Below, one piece after another: positions 1 through 9,065 of a DNA stretch of 16,829 nucleotides. This stretch comes from Coprothermobacterota bacterium (GTDB lineage Bacteria > Coprothermobacterota > HKB111): assembly GCA_037440465.1 (NCBI GenBank), contig JBBIUB010000020.1, positions 1 to 16,829 on the forward strand. The letters run 5' to 3'. Positions within the stretch are counted from its first letter, which is position 1; every line of letters begins with the position of its first letter. The notes beneath the pieces were generated by a model. The model did not search any database. It was not told the DNA's origin and saw nothing but the letters and a program-made list of their open reading frames with translations. Position numbers and translations under genes: made by a program.

Positions 1-48
1 AGCAACGAGGCTACCACGACCATGGTGATATCTGGCTGGAAGAGCGAT

Positions 49-480
49 TCAGATAGTTGAACCTAAAAGCTTCACAATTTCTCTTACATACTCTTTAGCT
101 ATCGCTAAAAACTCGTTAGCTTCCTTTATACTAACAATCCCAACCTGATCATAAATAGCTCTGTGTCTCTTTTTTCTTTTTCTATCAATAAAAGAAATAA
201 TCTTCCCTAATTGGTCTCCTAAAGCGATACTGATGAACTCAAACACTGTTTTATGTGCCTCAAAGCTTGAGGGTCGGTATCCAATATGAAACATATAAGC
301 TTTAGAAGCCTGTAAGGTGGAGCTATAAGTTATGGAAAATGCCCAATCAGTATTTAATTCTAAAACTTTTTCAGCAGTCAATAAATCTCTTTCAGCTAAT
401 TGTAGTAAATTTAACACCTCTTCCCTGGATGCATCAAAGGCTTGAATTTTTCCACTATCCAGAAGGTTTTTATATTTCAT
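49..480 (-). CDS. HEPN-domain protein, partner of the upstream minimal nucleotidyltransferase (MNT-HEPN toxin-antitoxin-type pair)
   Basis: 143 aa helical protein with typical HEPN segments (AERDLLTAEK, WAFSITYSSTLQA, HKTVFEF, RKKRHRAIYD, EANEFLAIAKEY). Overlaps the end of the MNT gene by 11 bp. Confidence 0.85.
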   Translation of the reverse strand: MKYKNLLDSGKIQAFDASREEVLNLLQLAERDLLTAEKVLELNTDWAFSITYSSTLQASKAYMFHIGYRPSSFEAHKTVFEFISIALGDQLGKIISFIDRKRKKRHRAIYDQVGIVSIKEANEFLAIAKEYVREIVKLLGSTI

Positions 481-1039
481 TTAAATTCCCTTTTAGTACA
501 ATTTTTTTATCTTTAATAATCCTGTTGATAAATACATCGCCTTCATAAAGCCTTTTCTTAAACTCAACAGAAGGTATAATGGTATAGTTTACTTCTCTTT
601 TCAATTCGTCTTCCAAGCCAGAAATTTCCTCATGAAATATAACTTCATCAACATCGCCTATAATCATCAAATCTATATCGCTTTTTTCACCCCCCTCACC
701 TCTGGCAAAAGAACCATAGATAAAAGCTACCTCAATACTTTTATAGGTTGATAAGGCTTCTTTTAAGGTTCTTTCAAACCCCATAGTCAACTCTATTATT
801 TCCTTAAGTGGTTTATATAATTGGCAAAATGTATTTACTTGATAGTATTTTAGAATTCCAACTTTCGTAATTTTAAGCAGTCCGATTTTTTGTAGATTTT
901 CTAATTCTCGTCTGACAGCTGTTACTGGTTCGTGTAATATTTTTTCTAATTCTCTGATATAGTATTTTGACTCAGGATTTAAAAGAAATACCTGTAATAA
1001 TTTTCTCTTTGTAATTGATGTAATTATGTATTTAAGCAT
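470..1039 (-). CDS. Winged-HTH + minimal nucleotidyltransferase (MNT) antitoxin-like protein
   Basis: N-terminal wHTH (YYIRELEKILHEPVTAVRRELENLQKIGLL) and polymerase-beta NTase motif GSFARGEGGEKSDID (GS-x10-DxD). Start moved from 1060 to the ATG at 1039 because a GAGAGG RBS lies at 1053-1048 and the promoter puts transcription start near 1066. Confidence 0.88.
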   Translation of the reverse strand: MLKYIITSITKRKLLQVFLLNPESKYYIRELEKILHEPVTAVRRELENLQKIGLLKITKVGILKYYQVNTFCQLYKPLKEIIELTMGFERTLKEALSTYKSIEVAFIYGSFARGEGGEKSDIDLMIIGDVDEVIFHEEISGLEDELKREVNYTIIPSVEFKKRLYEGDVFINRIIKDKKIVLKGNLNEI

Positions 1040-1061
1040 AATATATGCCTCTCTGTACATT

Positions 1062-1085
1062 ATTTATGCACAATTGTACATAAAT
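1062..1085. promoter_or_regulatory. 24-bp palindromic operator overlapping the -10 box
   Basis: ATTTATGCACAA/TTGTACATAAAT: 11 of 12 positions pair, centred at 1073/1074. Confidence 0.65.
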
Positions 1086-1101
1086 TTTATACAAATGTCA
1101 A
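1073..1101 (-). promoter_or_regulatory. Sigma70-type promoter of the MNT-HEPN operon
   Basis: Minus strand TTGACA (1101-1096), exactly 17 bp, then TACAAT (1078-1073). Confidence 0.8.
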
Positions 1102-1352
1102 TTTCCTGTTCTTCATAAAAATAATCTATCCGAAAGGATATGGATTAACAGAGTTATTATAATTAAAATGAACATAAACTACCTTTTATAAATATTTTCT
1201 ACAGAAGTCCCTGCTTTAAAATTTTTTAATACCTGCGATTTATCTAAAAAAGCACAGGGCAAATTTAATTTGAATGGATAATAAATATTTACCTACTCCT
1301 TTGAAAATTATCTGCTACAATTTAGATAATTGATTATTTTGGGAGGTTTCCA

Positions 1353-3364
1353 GTGAAAAAAATTATTATAATTTTAATTATTACTACATTTGTGTTAATT
1401 ATTAACCAACCTGAATACCTAAAAAGCGCTCCAAATAACATCCCAGTACTGGTTAATCTTCCTCAAACAGTTACCATCCACGCTGGAGCTCCCTTTTCCT
1501 ACGAGGTTTCAGCCTACGATGTTGATGGCCATGTTTTAATTTACTATCTCAGGGACCCCCCAGCTGGTGTACTGATAGACTCAAATAAAGGGTTAATTTC
1601 CTGGATTAATCCTCTGGTAGGTACCTATAATATTATAGTGGGGGTGACAGATACTCACAGTCCGGTAGTTCTTTCAACTCTTACCTTAATAGTGAAGATA
1701 CCTCCACATTTTTTAAATGCACCAATTCATCTTTACGCCAGTACAAGAGTTCCCTTCGTTTTTAAGATAGAAGTTACAGATGGTTCCTCTACTCAATTCA
1801 AATATTATTTAAAGAATGGTGCTCCTTCCAGGATGGAGATAAATAGAACAACTGGAATAATAACCTGGGAAAAACCTATCGTGGGGAATTATCTGATAGC
1901 TATATCGGTGGAAGATGGAGTATATCCTGTGGAATCTTATATGTTTTTGAGAGTTATTGACCCCGGAATATCTCTTCCTAAAATAACCCATTCAACATCA
2001 AATATCCAAGGAATTAATGTTTCTATGGTGAAGATACCTTCAAACACAAATCTAGTGCCTCGTTTAATACTTGGTAAGAACTCTGTAAAAGGGAGAGAAG
2101 ATTTTAAATCAATTATGAGCCGAACAAAAGCAGTAGCAGGAATTAATGGTGCCTTTTTCAATGCTTATGGGACTCCTCCCGATCCTGATGAGCCACGAGG
2201 AACTCTGATCAAAGAAGGAAAACTTCTCCATGCCAGTCATAAACAAACAACTATAGGTTTCACTTACGATGGGAAGTGTTTAATGGATAGAATTTACTTT
2301 ACCATAAAAGGAGGAGTTAATGGTTCTTTTGAATGGCCAAGCCAGTGGTTTGTTAACTCCTTAAACCACTCTCCTTCCGCTCCAAACTCCTCCGGGATTT
2401 ATATTTATACTCCCGAATGGGGAACTAATCTGGGTTTTTCCTATAGCAACAATGTAGTAGTATCCAGAGGAAAAGTGGCTAAGAAACTTTAAGAAGTGAT
2501 GTGTCCATACCTCAAGATGGTTTTGTTATTTCTATGATAAATCAGTCAAAAGAAGAATCTTTACTTATACCTGAGACGATAGTAGGCTACCAGGTTCGGT
2601 CCAAAGATTTATATGGGAAAGAAGCAGGTTGGGAGCAGGTTATAACCGCAGTTGGAGCAGGCCCACGCTTGGTAGTAGATGGAAGAGTAGAAGTAGGCAC
2701 CGGTGAAGAAGGTTTTACAGAGGAAAAAATAAAAACTTTTTCTGGAACCAGAAGTGCTATTGGCTTTACCAAAAACGGTGACGTTCTTTTAGTATCTGAT
2801 TCTTCAGCTACCATAAATCAGCTCGCTCAGATTATGAAAGACCTGGGAGTTTATCAGGCAATGAATCTGGATGGAGGGGCATCCTCAGCCCTCTATGTTA
2901 ATGGAACCTACCTGAGAAACCCTGGAAGAACTTTAAATAATGTGCTGGTATTCTCTTTACCCGAAGTACCGGTTAACCTTATTTTCACAGTTGATAAAAC
3001 AAATTATGTTCTTAACAGTTTCCCCTTTACTATGGATTCTGCTCCCATAATTAAAGATGGAAGAACCTTGCTTCCAGTAAGGTATGTTGCTGAACCGATG
3101 GGAGCAAACATTTCCTGGGATAACCATACAAAAAAAGTAACTATATCTCTTGGACCAACAGTTATAGAATTATGGGTCGGTAAGTCAGTTGCCAGAGTAA
3201 ACGGTAAGGATACTCTCATTGACTCACAAAACTCTAAGGTGGTCCCTATTATTATAAATGGAAGAACCCTACTCCCCTTAAGGTTTATCTCTGAAACTCT
3301 GGGAGCTAAAGTTTTATGGAATGAGAAGGATAGGACTATCTCAGTTAATTATCCCGTAAATTAG
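1353..3364 (+). pseudogene. Secreted protein with two Ig-like repeats, a phosphodiester glycosidase (NAGPA-like) domain and a C-terminal copper-amine-oxidase N-terminal (stalk) domain; split by a frameshift into ORFs 1353-2492 and 2501-3364
   Basis: GGAGG RBS at 1342-1346, signal peptide MKKIIIILII, Ig repeats (IDSNKGLISW, INRTTGIITW), NAGPA motifs AGINGAFF, AVGAGPRLV, TRSAIG, AMNLDGGASS, and stalk motifs GRTLLPVRYVAE and GRTLLPLRFISE. The NAGPA domain spans both ORFs. One extra base near 2484-2490 restores KKTLRSDVSIPQDGFVIS. Could be a sequencing error. Confidence 0.75.
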
Positions 3365-3516
3365 ATTAAGAATAGAAAGTAGTTTTAGAGCTAAATATCC
3401 TAAATCTACAGATAGATGTTACCAGTAAAAAAGAAAAGAATGGTACTTATTAAGAACATATGATATTTTGTATTTAAGCTTTATTCTCTTTTTACCGATG
3501 TTAAGTTATCTATAAT

Positions 3517-4170
3517 TTATCTTCCTATTTTCGCTTTAAACAATAATAAAACAAAGGAAAAAAAGGTAATTGCCACAACAGGAATGAACATCAATAAGAG
3601 TTTAAAAGATTTTTCAATTTCTGTTAAGTAAAGCCCACAAAGAGAAAAAAGCAGACTGAGTATAGCAAGAAGAAAGCCTAAGACTGTAATTATTACTAAT
3701 CTTCTACTTGTCTCAAATCCAATTTTATTTTTTAGATAGTCGGACATAGAAGTAATCTCTTGGGATATCTCTTTATATAACTTAGCAAGGATAATTAGAC
3801 CTAACCATTGGTATACATCTCAATTCCTTGTTCTAGGGTTGTTACTCTAAAAACCAGTATTTATTTATAAATTTTACAAAATCTCCGCACAATTTATTGG
3901 TTATATCTCTTTACTTTGGAAGACTTTCTTTATCTAAAACTTCTAACATATTTGCTATATCGTCAAAAAATTTTAAAAAAAGCATGGTTCGTTGAAATAG
4001 AACAATTAAAGCCATCTGGTAATACATGTATTTCATGTGCTGTTTGAGAAAATCTTTACAAAATTTGCTATTATCACCAATCATGACAAGACCAAATCTG
4101 CTGAATCCATACAGACTGCCATATCCACCCAGCGGCTATAAGTATGTTTTTGAATCATGTATTCTAACAG
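3517..4170 (-). pseudogene. Degenerate second CRISPR-associated CorA-like gene (C-terminal half only)
   Basis: Manual minus-strand translation: LLEYMIQKHTYSRWVD / YGSLYGFSRFGLVMIGD..HMKYMYYQMALIVLFQRTMLFLKFFDDIA..LPK*RDITNKLCGDFVKFINKYWFLE / VTTLEQGIEMY / QWLGLIILAKLYKEISQEITSMSDYL plus two TM helices (the 76-aa ORF). Collinear with the intact CorA. Frameshifts near 4122, 3845 and 3812; in-frame stop at 3913-3911. Confidence 0.88.
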
Positions 4171-4256
4171 GTTAGATTATTGAGTTTGTTTACTGATACC
4201 CAAAAAGGCAGCTTATTTTCAGAAAATACCTATATCTATAAAGAAGGGAGGAAAAA

Positions 4257-5012
4257 CTACACAAAATTTCCATATCCTACATTTCTTTTCGCTCCTATAC
4301 CAAAATAAAGGAGTATTTTTTTAAATAAATCTAATTTTTCGGTGGAGGTTATCATTTGGCCATCCCCAAAATGATTATCTTTAAGTATAAACATAAATGT
4401 GAAAGTAACATTAGGAGCAATCTTAAGAAAACGAAGCGGTATAGGATTCTTAAACTGGCTTTTATGAGGTGTAATATAATCTTCGGCAAATATCTTTCCG
4501 TTGCCTGGTATTCCTGTTACGTAGGCATCAAAGAAGATATTTCCTTTTTCAAACAGTTTCTCCCAATTTTCATCAGTTATCAAATAACAATTATTTAACA
4601 CTCCATTAATATAGTTTAGTTTTTCTCTTTTTATGCTGTCTGAGACTTCTTTGTTTTTGTCTTTTCCTTTTTTGGGGAACACGCTTTTGAGGATTCCTTT
4701 GACTGTTGAACCTGGTATTACAGGCATTCCAGTGGTGTGGTCAAAGTAAAAACCAAGTTGAAAATCAGAAGATTGCTCTTGAGCAGGATGATTATAACCA
4801 CTACCTATGATTAAACCAGGATATGTTGTTTTTAGAGGAAAGCCCTTAGCACCGGGAATCTTAAAATAATCTAAATATGGAATACTGCATATTTTTGCAT
4901 TGCTATCCAAAGTATTAGTTGGTATTTCAATTAATTCTTTTATCTCTTTATCATTTAGGTCTTTACCGAAATTTTTACTTTTGTAATATATAAAAGATGC
5001 GTTAGTTGTCAT
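4257..5012 (-). CDS. cmr6: Type III-B RAMP Cmr6
   Basis: LKTTYPGLIIGSGYNH, GFYFDHTTGMPVIPGSTVKG, DYITPH, NPIPLRFLKI and the G-rich loop GIGAKRNVGYG. Confidence 0.95.
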   Translation of the reverse strand: MTTNASFIYYKSKNFGKDLNDKEIKELIEIPTNTLDSNAKICSIPYLDYFKIPGAKGFPLKTTYPGLIIGSGYNHPAQEQSSDFQLGFYFDHTTGMPVIPGSTVKGILKSVFPKKGKDKNKEVSDSIKREKLNYINGVLNNCYLITDENWEKLFEKGNIFFDAYVTGIPGNGKIFAEDYITPHKSQFKNPIPLRFLKIAPNVTFTFMFILKDNHFGDGQMITSTEKLDLFKKILLYFGIGAKRNVGYGNFV

Positions 5013-5031
5013 AGTTTTTTACCTCTTAATC

Positions 5032-5424
5032 TTAATCCTCTACTTTTATTTTTGGAAATGTTCTCATAGCAAGTTTGCAAGCGATTATAGCTTCAAATAT
5101 TAGTGTTTGTAACTTCGTCTTTTGGGCATAGTCGGTTGATGCTTCTTTAACAAAAACAATTAACCTCTTAAGGGATGTATTTTCAATATAACCAGCCTTT
5201 GTTAGCACAAGCGCTAAAAGTGAATTGATATTTTCTCTCTGTTCTTTCTCATTGAATGCTACCGCCTGTAGAATCCCCGATTGCTTAATTGTGGGACCAT
5301 AAGAGTCAATATAGCCTGAATAGTTTGAAGGTAATTTTCCGTCTTTAGTTAAAATCATAGAAGTTGTATCTTTCAAAGCATCCATAGCAATTGGAATCAT
5401 TCGCTCAATTCTTTTTTTGTTCAC
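5032..5424 (-). CDS. cmr5: Type III-B small subunit Cmr5 (Cas11)
   Basis: 130 aa helical protein between cmr4 and cmr6 with YSGYIDSYGPTIKQSGILQAVAF and AIIACKLAMRTF; GTG start. Confidence 0.9.
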   Translation of the reverse strand: MNKKRIERMIPIAMDALKDTTSMILTKDGKLPSNYSGYIDSYGPTIKQSGILQAVAFNEKEQRENINSLLALVLTKAGYIENTSLKRLIVFVKEASTDYAQKTKLQTLIFEAIIACKLAMRTFPKIKVED

Positions 5425-5426
5425 TC

Positions 5427-6242
5427 TTAACCTCCTAACTTGCTTATTATTGTTAATCCATGGCCTATAGAAGCATTGGCGCCAAACTGGATAAGGTCAG
5501 AAGTCAATTTGGTCCCAAACTGCTGATTAATTGAAATGTTCTCATCAAACCCTAACATAAACCATAATCTGCTTCTTCGTGGTAATACTTCTTCGTAAAA
5601 TAAATTTTCACTTGTGCCATCTTCTCCGATTTTATTCCTCGCTATAACTGGAAGAGAGCTTTCGCAGATTTCAGAAAATATTTCATCCTTAAAAATGGCA
5701 AGGTTTGCAAGTTCTACACCAAGATATTTTGTTATTAACCCACTCATGACACTATCAAACGCAACAAATTTGTACTTACCATAGTCTTCAATCTCTAAAT
5801 TAGGTTCTTCAGTAAAAATTACAAATTCTACATCAATAAAATCCAAGTTTTTAATAAAATTCTTTAACTCTTTCACTTCCTCATTACCGCAAAATACCTT
5901 CAAGGCGGTAAGATAATCTAAAACAGCTAATTTCGAAGTAGAGTTATAATAGACTCTCTTAGTCGCACGAAGTGGAAGAGTTATAAGTCTTGCATCATAG
6001 AATTTTACAGCTCCGGGTTTATTTTCTTCTGCTCCAAAAATTTTATTTATGTCATCCTGGGGGAGTCCGCTCTGCTCCATATGTTCCCTTAATGCTCCCT
6101 TAATGCTTGACGATTGAAACAAGGGAAGAAAAGTAACAGAATCTTTCTGAATGAGGTTATCTACTATACCAAAGCTTACATTACCAGAACCCACATTTGT
6201 GTTTGTTAGTGTTTCAATCAAATACATTCTGTGTTTAAACAT
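5427..6242 (-). CDS. cmr4: Type III-B backbone RNase Cmr4 (Cas7)
   Basis: LTNTNVGSG..GIVDNLIQKD (putative catalytic D28), SSSIKGALRE, DARLITLPLR, LPVIARNKI, SENLFYEEVLP, QFGANASIGHG. Confidence 0.95.
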   Translation of the reverse strand: MFKHRMYLIETLTNTNVGSGNVSFGIVDNLIQKDSVTFLPLFQSSSIKGALREHMEQSGLPQDDINKIFGAEENKPGAVKFYDARLITLPLRATKRVYYNSTSKLAVLDYLTALKVFCGNEEVKELKNFIKNLDFIDVEFVIFTEEPNLEIEDYGKYKFVAFDSVMSGLITKYLGVELANLAIFKDEIFSEICESSLPVIARNKIGEDGTSENLFYEEVLPRRSRLWFMLGFDENISINQQFGTKLTSDLIQFGANASIGHGLTIISKLGG

Positions 6243-6244
6243 AT

Positions 6245-7354
6245 TTACCTCCCTGTTTTTATTAAATAATTATAACCAATCTTATGAGGAATTGGCCAAT
6301 TCAAGCCAAGACATACTGGTTCCTTAGAATAAAATACCGAGCCTGCAGGTATCATAGAAATTGCCTCCGATTTCAATGCTTTAGTCCTTCTTATCATCCG
6401 GGTAACCTGCATTCCTTTTACAATTCTGTGCTTCATTGCTCTTGCGAATTGGAAATTTGAATCCTTATCTAAAACGATAGGAGATAGAGCAAAAAGTTTT
6501 TCTTCGTTGGTACAGCTTTTTAAATTATTTAACATATTACATTGGTCGTTGATAATCATATTAATGAGAGGGTGAGAAGTATCTTTAAGTACTGAAACCC
6601 TCATATTGAATGTAGACTGCTCACCTCCAAAAATAACTACACCATCTTTAAGTATGCTATTTTCATTTAACCATAAAATAATACCAAATGCGAAATTTTT
6701 CTTTAGCGAATAGTCAATCTTTGTATAAAACATCCCTTCTTTTGTCACTCTATCTTCTCTACCAATACCAACACTTGTGTAACGAATAAAAATATTTTCT
6801 TCTTCATAATCGGGGTTATGAGGAAGAACACCACCAAACATATATGCTTCCCAAAACTCTTTACCTCCAAAATAGCCAACTTTGTGCAACTTAGGGTTTC
6901 TTTTTGAAAGGATTGCATATTCAACCTTTCTTTCTGAATAATTAGACATTGCGTTAGTTTTTACATCATAGCCAAAAGGAATTAAAGAATTACCATCCTG
7001 CATAACATCTGCAGGTGCAGGAAAAAGAAAATCTTCTGAACTGTTTTCTTTAAGTCTTACAATAAAGGCAGGAGATATCTTTTCTATGACGCCAAAGTTG
7101 TCATCTGAGTCATCTAATCTTTCAACTATGGATGAGCCAGTAAGCTCTTTTGCTTTGTCTGAAAATGAGTCAGTAATAGTTGTAGGAGAAAGAAGACCAT
7201 TTTGTATTAATATGGTGTTTCTTATGCATCCGAGAACTGTTGTCGGCTGTGGAAATTTCAGCGATTCAGCATAAAATCCTTCCCCAAAAGAAAATGAACT
7301 GCCAAAAAAGAATTTATTAATTGGAGTGAATGTAATAAGTAATGCTTTTGACAT
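6245..7354 (-). CDS. cmr3: Type III-B Cmr3 (Cas5 family)
   Basis: FTPINKFFFG, SLKFPQPTTVLGCIR, FLFPAPAD, VGIGRE, VIFGGEQSTF, IPAGSVFY, KIGYN; directly downstream of cas10. Confidence 0.93.
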   Translation of the reverse strand: MSKALLITFTPINKFFFGSSFSFGEGFYAESLKFPQPTTVLGCIRNTILIQNGLLSPTTITDSFSDKAKELTGSSIVERLDDSDDNFGVIEKISPAFIVRLKENSSEDFLFPAPADVMQDGNSLIPFGYDVKTNAMSNYSERKVEYAILSKRNPKLHKVGYFGGKEFWEAYMFGGVLPHNPDYEEENIFIRYTSVGIGREDRVTKEGMFYTKIDYSLKKNFAFGIILWLNENSILKDGVVIFGGEQSTFNMRVSVLKDTSHPLINMIINDQCNMLNNLKSCTNEEKLFALSPIVLDKDSNFQFARAMKHRIVKGMQVTRMIRRTKALKSEAISMIPAGSVFYSKEPVCLGLNWPIPHKIGYNYLIKTGR

Positions 7355-7355
7355 A

Positions 7356-9065
7356 TTATTTCTCCCCCCTTAAAAATTTTATAAAGGCTAACTTACTGAG
7401 TATATCTTCAATACAATAATCCTTCTTTATGCATGAGGTATTAAATAATACCTCTTCAAAATATTTCATTACAATGTCAATACCTCGTTTAAAATCCTTA
7501 TGCTCTGGCTCGTTGAAGTTGTTTTCAAAAAATGCTTTTAATCTGTTTTCATCTGGAATATTTGCAATGACTGTTTTAAACCTTGATAGATTATGGTGGA
7601 GTGAATGTGGAAAATTAATTTCCTCTGCAAGTGTTTTTCTCAAAATATCGCTAAAGTTATTAATGTCGTTTGACCCAAACTGAAATTTAAAACATATTTG
7701 GTGCCCCGAATGTTTTGTTAAGAGGAGGGCAAGGGCATTCTTACCGTCCACTTTTTTTGCTACATCGAAAAGTTGCATTCGCGCATTTTTCAAAGCAAGC
7801 GAAAGAGGAAACTTGTAGTATGCAATGTTTATACCAATGGATAGACTTGTCCCGAGTATCCCTTTATCTACTAATTCATTGTATTTATTTGAAAGATTAA
7901 TAGCAAGGTCTATAACCGTTTTCGTGTTGCCATTTTCTTCTTTGAATGCAACAGGCACAAAGGCAAGGATGTCGTCTCCGCATATGTATATGGGATATCC
8001 TTTGTAGGTAGTAATTATTTCTTCTGCTTTATTTGCAAAATCAAAAAGTGATTTAGAGAAGTGGACTATGCCATTAAAATTGGTTCTTGCACCAATAACC
8101 TTTCCAAGGTTATCTCCATCTGCTTGGATTATTGCAAAATATTTGAAGTATAGTTTTTTAAGAAGATGATTCTCGGTATATTTATCATTAGTACAGACTT
8201 TTTTAGCAGTTTCCTCTATATCTTTAAATTCATAATCCTTCTCAGAATCGCTGAAAATAGGATTTTCCGCTTTCACCTTATCGGTTAACAACTCTACTGC
8301 AGATATATCAAGAATGGTAGGATATCTAAAATTATTCTCTCTAATTTTTTCTTTAACTTGTCCGCTCTTTAAGGAGTGAAACTTCAAAAAACATAAAGGG
8401 CATAGAAAATGTGGCTCTGGCTTTTCCTCTGGATTTGTGTCAGACCGTGTTCTTTTTTTCTTGACCCATATGTTAGTCTCGATAACTGCAGGTAAAGCCT
8501 TACATATAAAACAAGTTCTATCCAAGATTCCTGTATCAAAAAAACGATTTTCTTCCATTGAGTCAAGATATCCATTGATAAAATTAATGATGTTTGATGT
8601 CCCAAAAGATTGTGCGTCAAAAACAACAAAATTTCTCTGAATATAGCTCTTTAAAATGTCTCTTATGCTATTTTTATCGGTATTGTTTAAATATTTTGCC
8701 CCTACTTCTTTAACAAGTTCATCAATCACATCAACAATGAAATTCGATGTATCATTGCTTGCTTTTTGTATCTCGTCAAAGAGGTTGTTTTTATCTAAAT
8801 ATGACTGAAAAATGAACCTGTCATGGTATTTGCCAGTTATGGAATTATTGGGCTTAAAAGGATTATCCACATAGGGCAAAAGAAACTTAATATTACTATT
8901 TCTTGAAAGTTCCTCAATCATTTTTTCCATAAACCATGAAAAGATATAAGAAGCAAACCATAGTTCCCTCGTTTTTCTTGCGCTTGAAAGCACTTCATAA
9001 ATTGGGCCGATGGTAAAACCTGCGTAAGAGTTGATGTTATTATTATTCTCAGCCATTTTTAACAC
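7356..9065 (-). CDS. cas10: Cas10/Cmr2 large subunit, HD-less, palm/cyclase type
   Basis: Starts directly with the palm-1 motif FTIGPIYEVLSSARKTRELWFASYIFS (no HD domain), has a CxxC..CxxC zinc site, YFAIIQADGDNLGK, IYICGDDILAFVP (GGDD position), LSIGINIAYYKFPL, AKK..GKNALA. True start may be 9056 (MAENN). Confidence 0.95.
   Translation of the reverse strand: MLKMAENNNNINSYAGFTIGPIYEVLSSARKTRELWFASYIFSWFMEKMIEELSRNSNIKFLLPYVDNPFKPNNSITGKYHDRFIFQSYLDKNNLFDEIQKASNDTSNFIVDVIDELVKEVGAKYLNNTDKNSIRDILKSYIQRNFVVFDAQSFGTSNIINFINGYLDSMEENRFFDTGILDRTCFICKALPAVIETNIWVKKKRTRSDTNPEEKPEPHFLCPLCFLKFHSLKSGQVKEKIRENNFRYPTILDISAVELLTDKVKAENPIFSDSEKDYEFKDIEETAKKVCTNDKYTENHLLKKLYFKYFAIIQADGDNLGKVIGARTNFNGIVHFSKSLFDFANKAEEIITTYKGYPIYICGDDILAFVPVAFKEENGNTKTVIDLAINLSNKYNELVDKGILGTSLSIGINIAYYKFPLSLALKNARMQLFDVAKKVDGKNALALLLTKHSGHQICFKFQFGSNDINNFSDILRKTLAEEINFPHSLHHNLSRFKTVIANIPDENRLKAFFENNFNEPEHKDFKRGIDIVMKYFEEVLFNTSCIKKDYCIEDILSKLAFIKFLRGEK

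Noticed and set aside
1123..1146. Small hairpin TATCC-GAAA-GGATA with an AATC/GATT extension
   Set aside because: No U-tract, located between divergent genes, and no recognisable RNA family context.
1252..1263. GCACAGGGCAAA resembles the start of a c-di-GMP-I riboswitch
   Set aside because: The following GAAA-capped stem and GACGCAAAGC segment are missing.
1353..3364. NAGPA-like phosphodiester glycosidase as the missing messenger-degrading enzyme
   Set aside because: It has a signal peptide and surface domains, is frameshifted, and is transcribed separately, so it is unlikely to reach a cytoplasmic messenger.
3382..3393. GTTTTAGAGCTA, identical to the start of the S. pyogenes Cas9 repeat
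   Set aside because: Single 12-bp match in AT-rich DNA; the rest of the repeat, further copies and cas9 are absent.
3517..3747. 76-aa ORF as a standalone novel membrane protein
   Set aside because: It is the C-terminal TM part of the corA pseudogene, with no RBS before its ATG.
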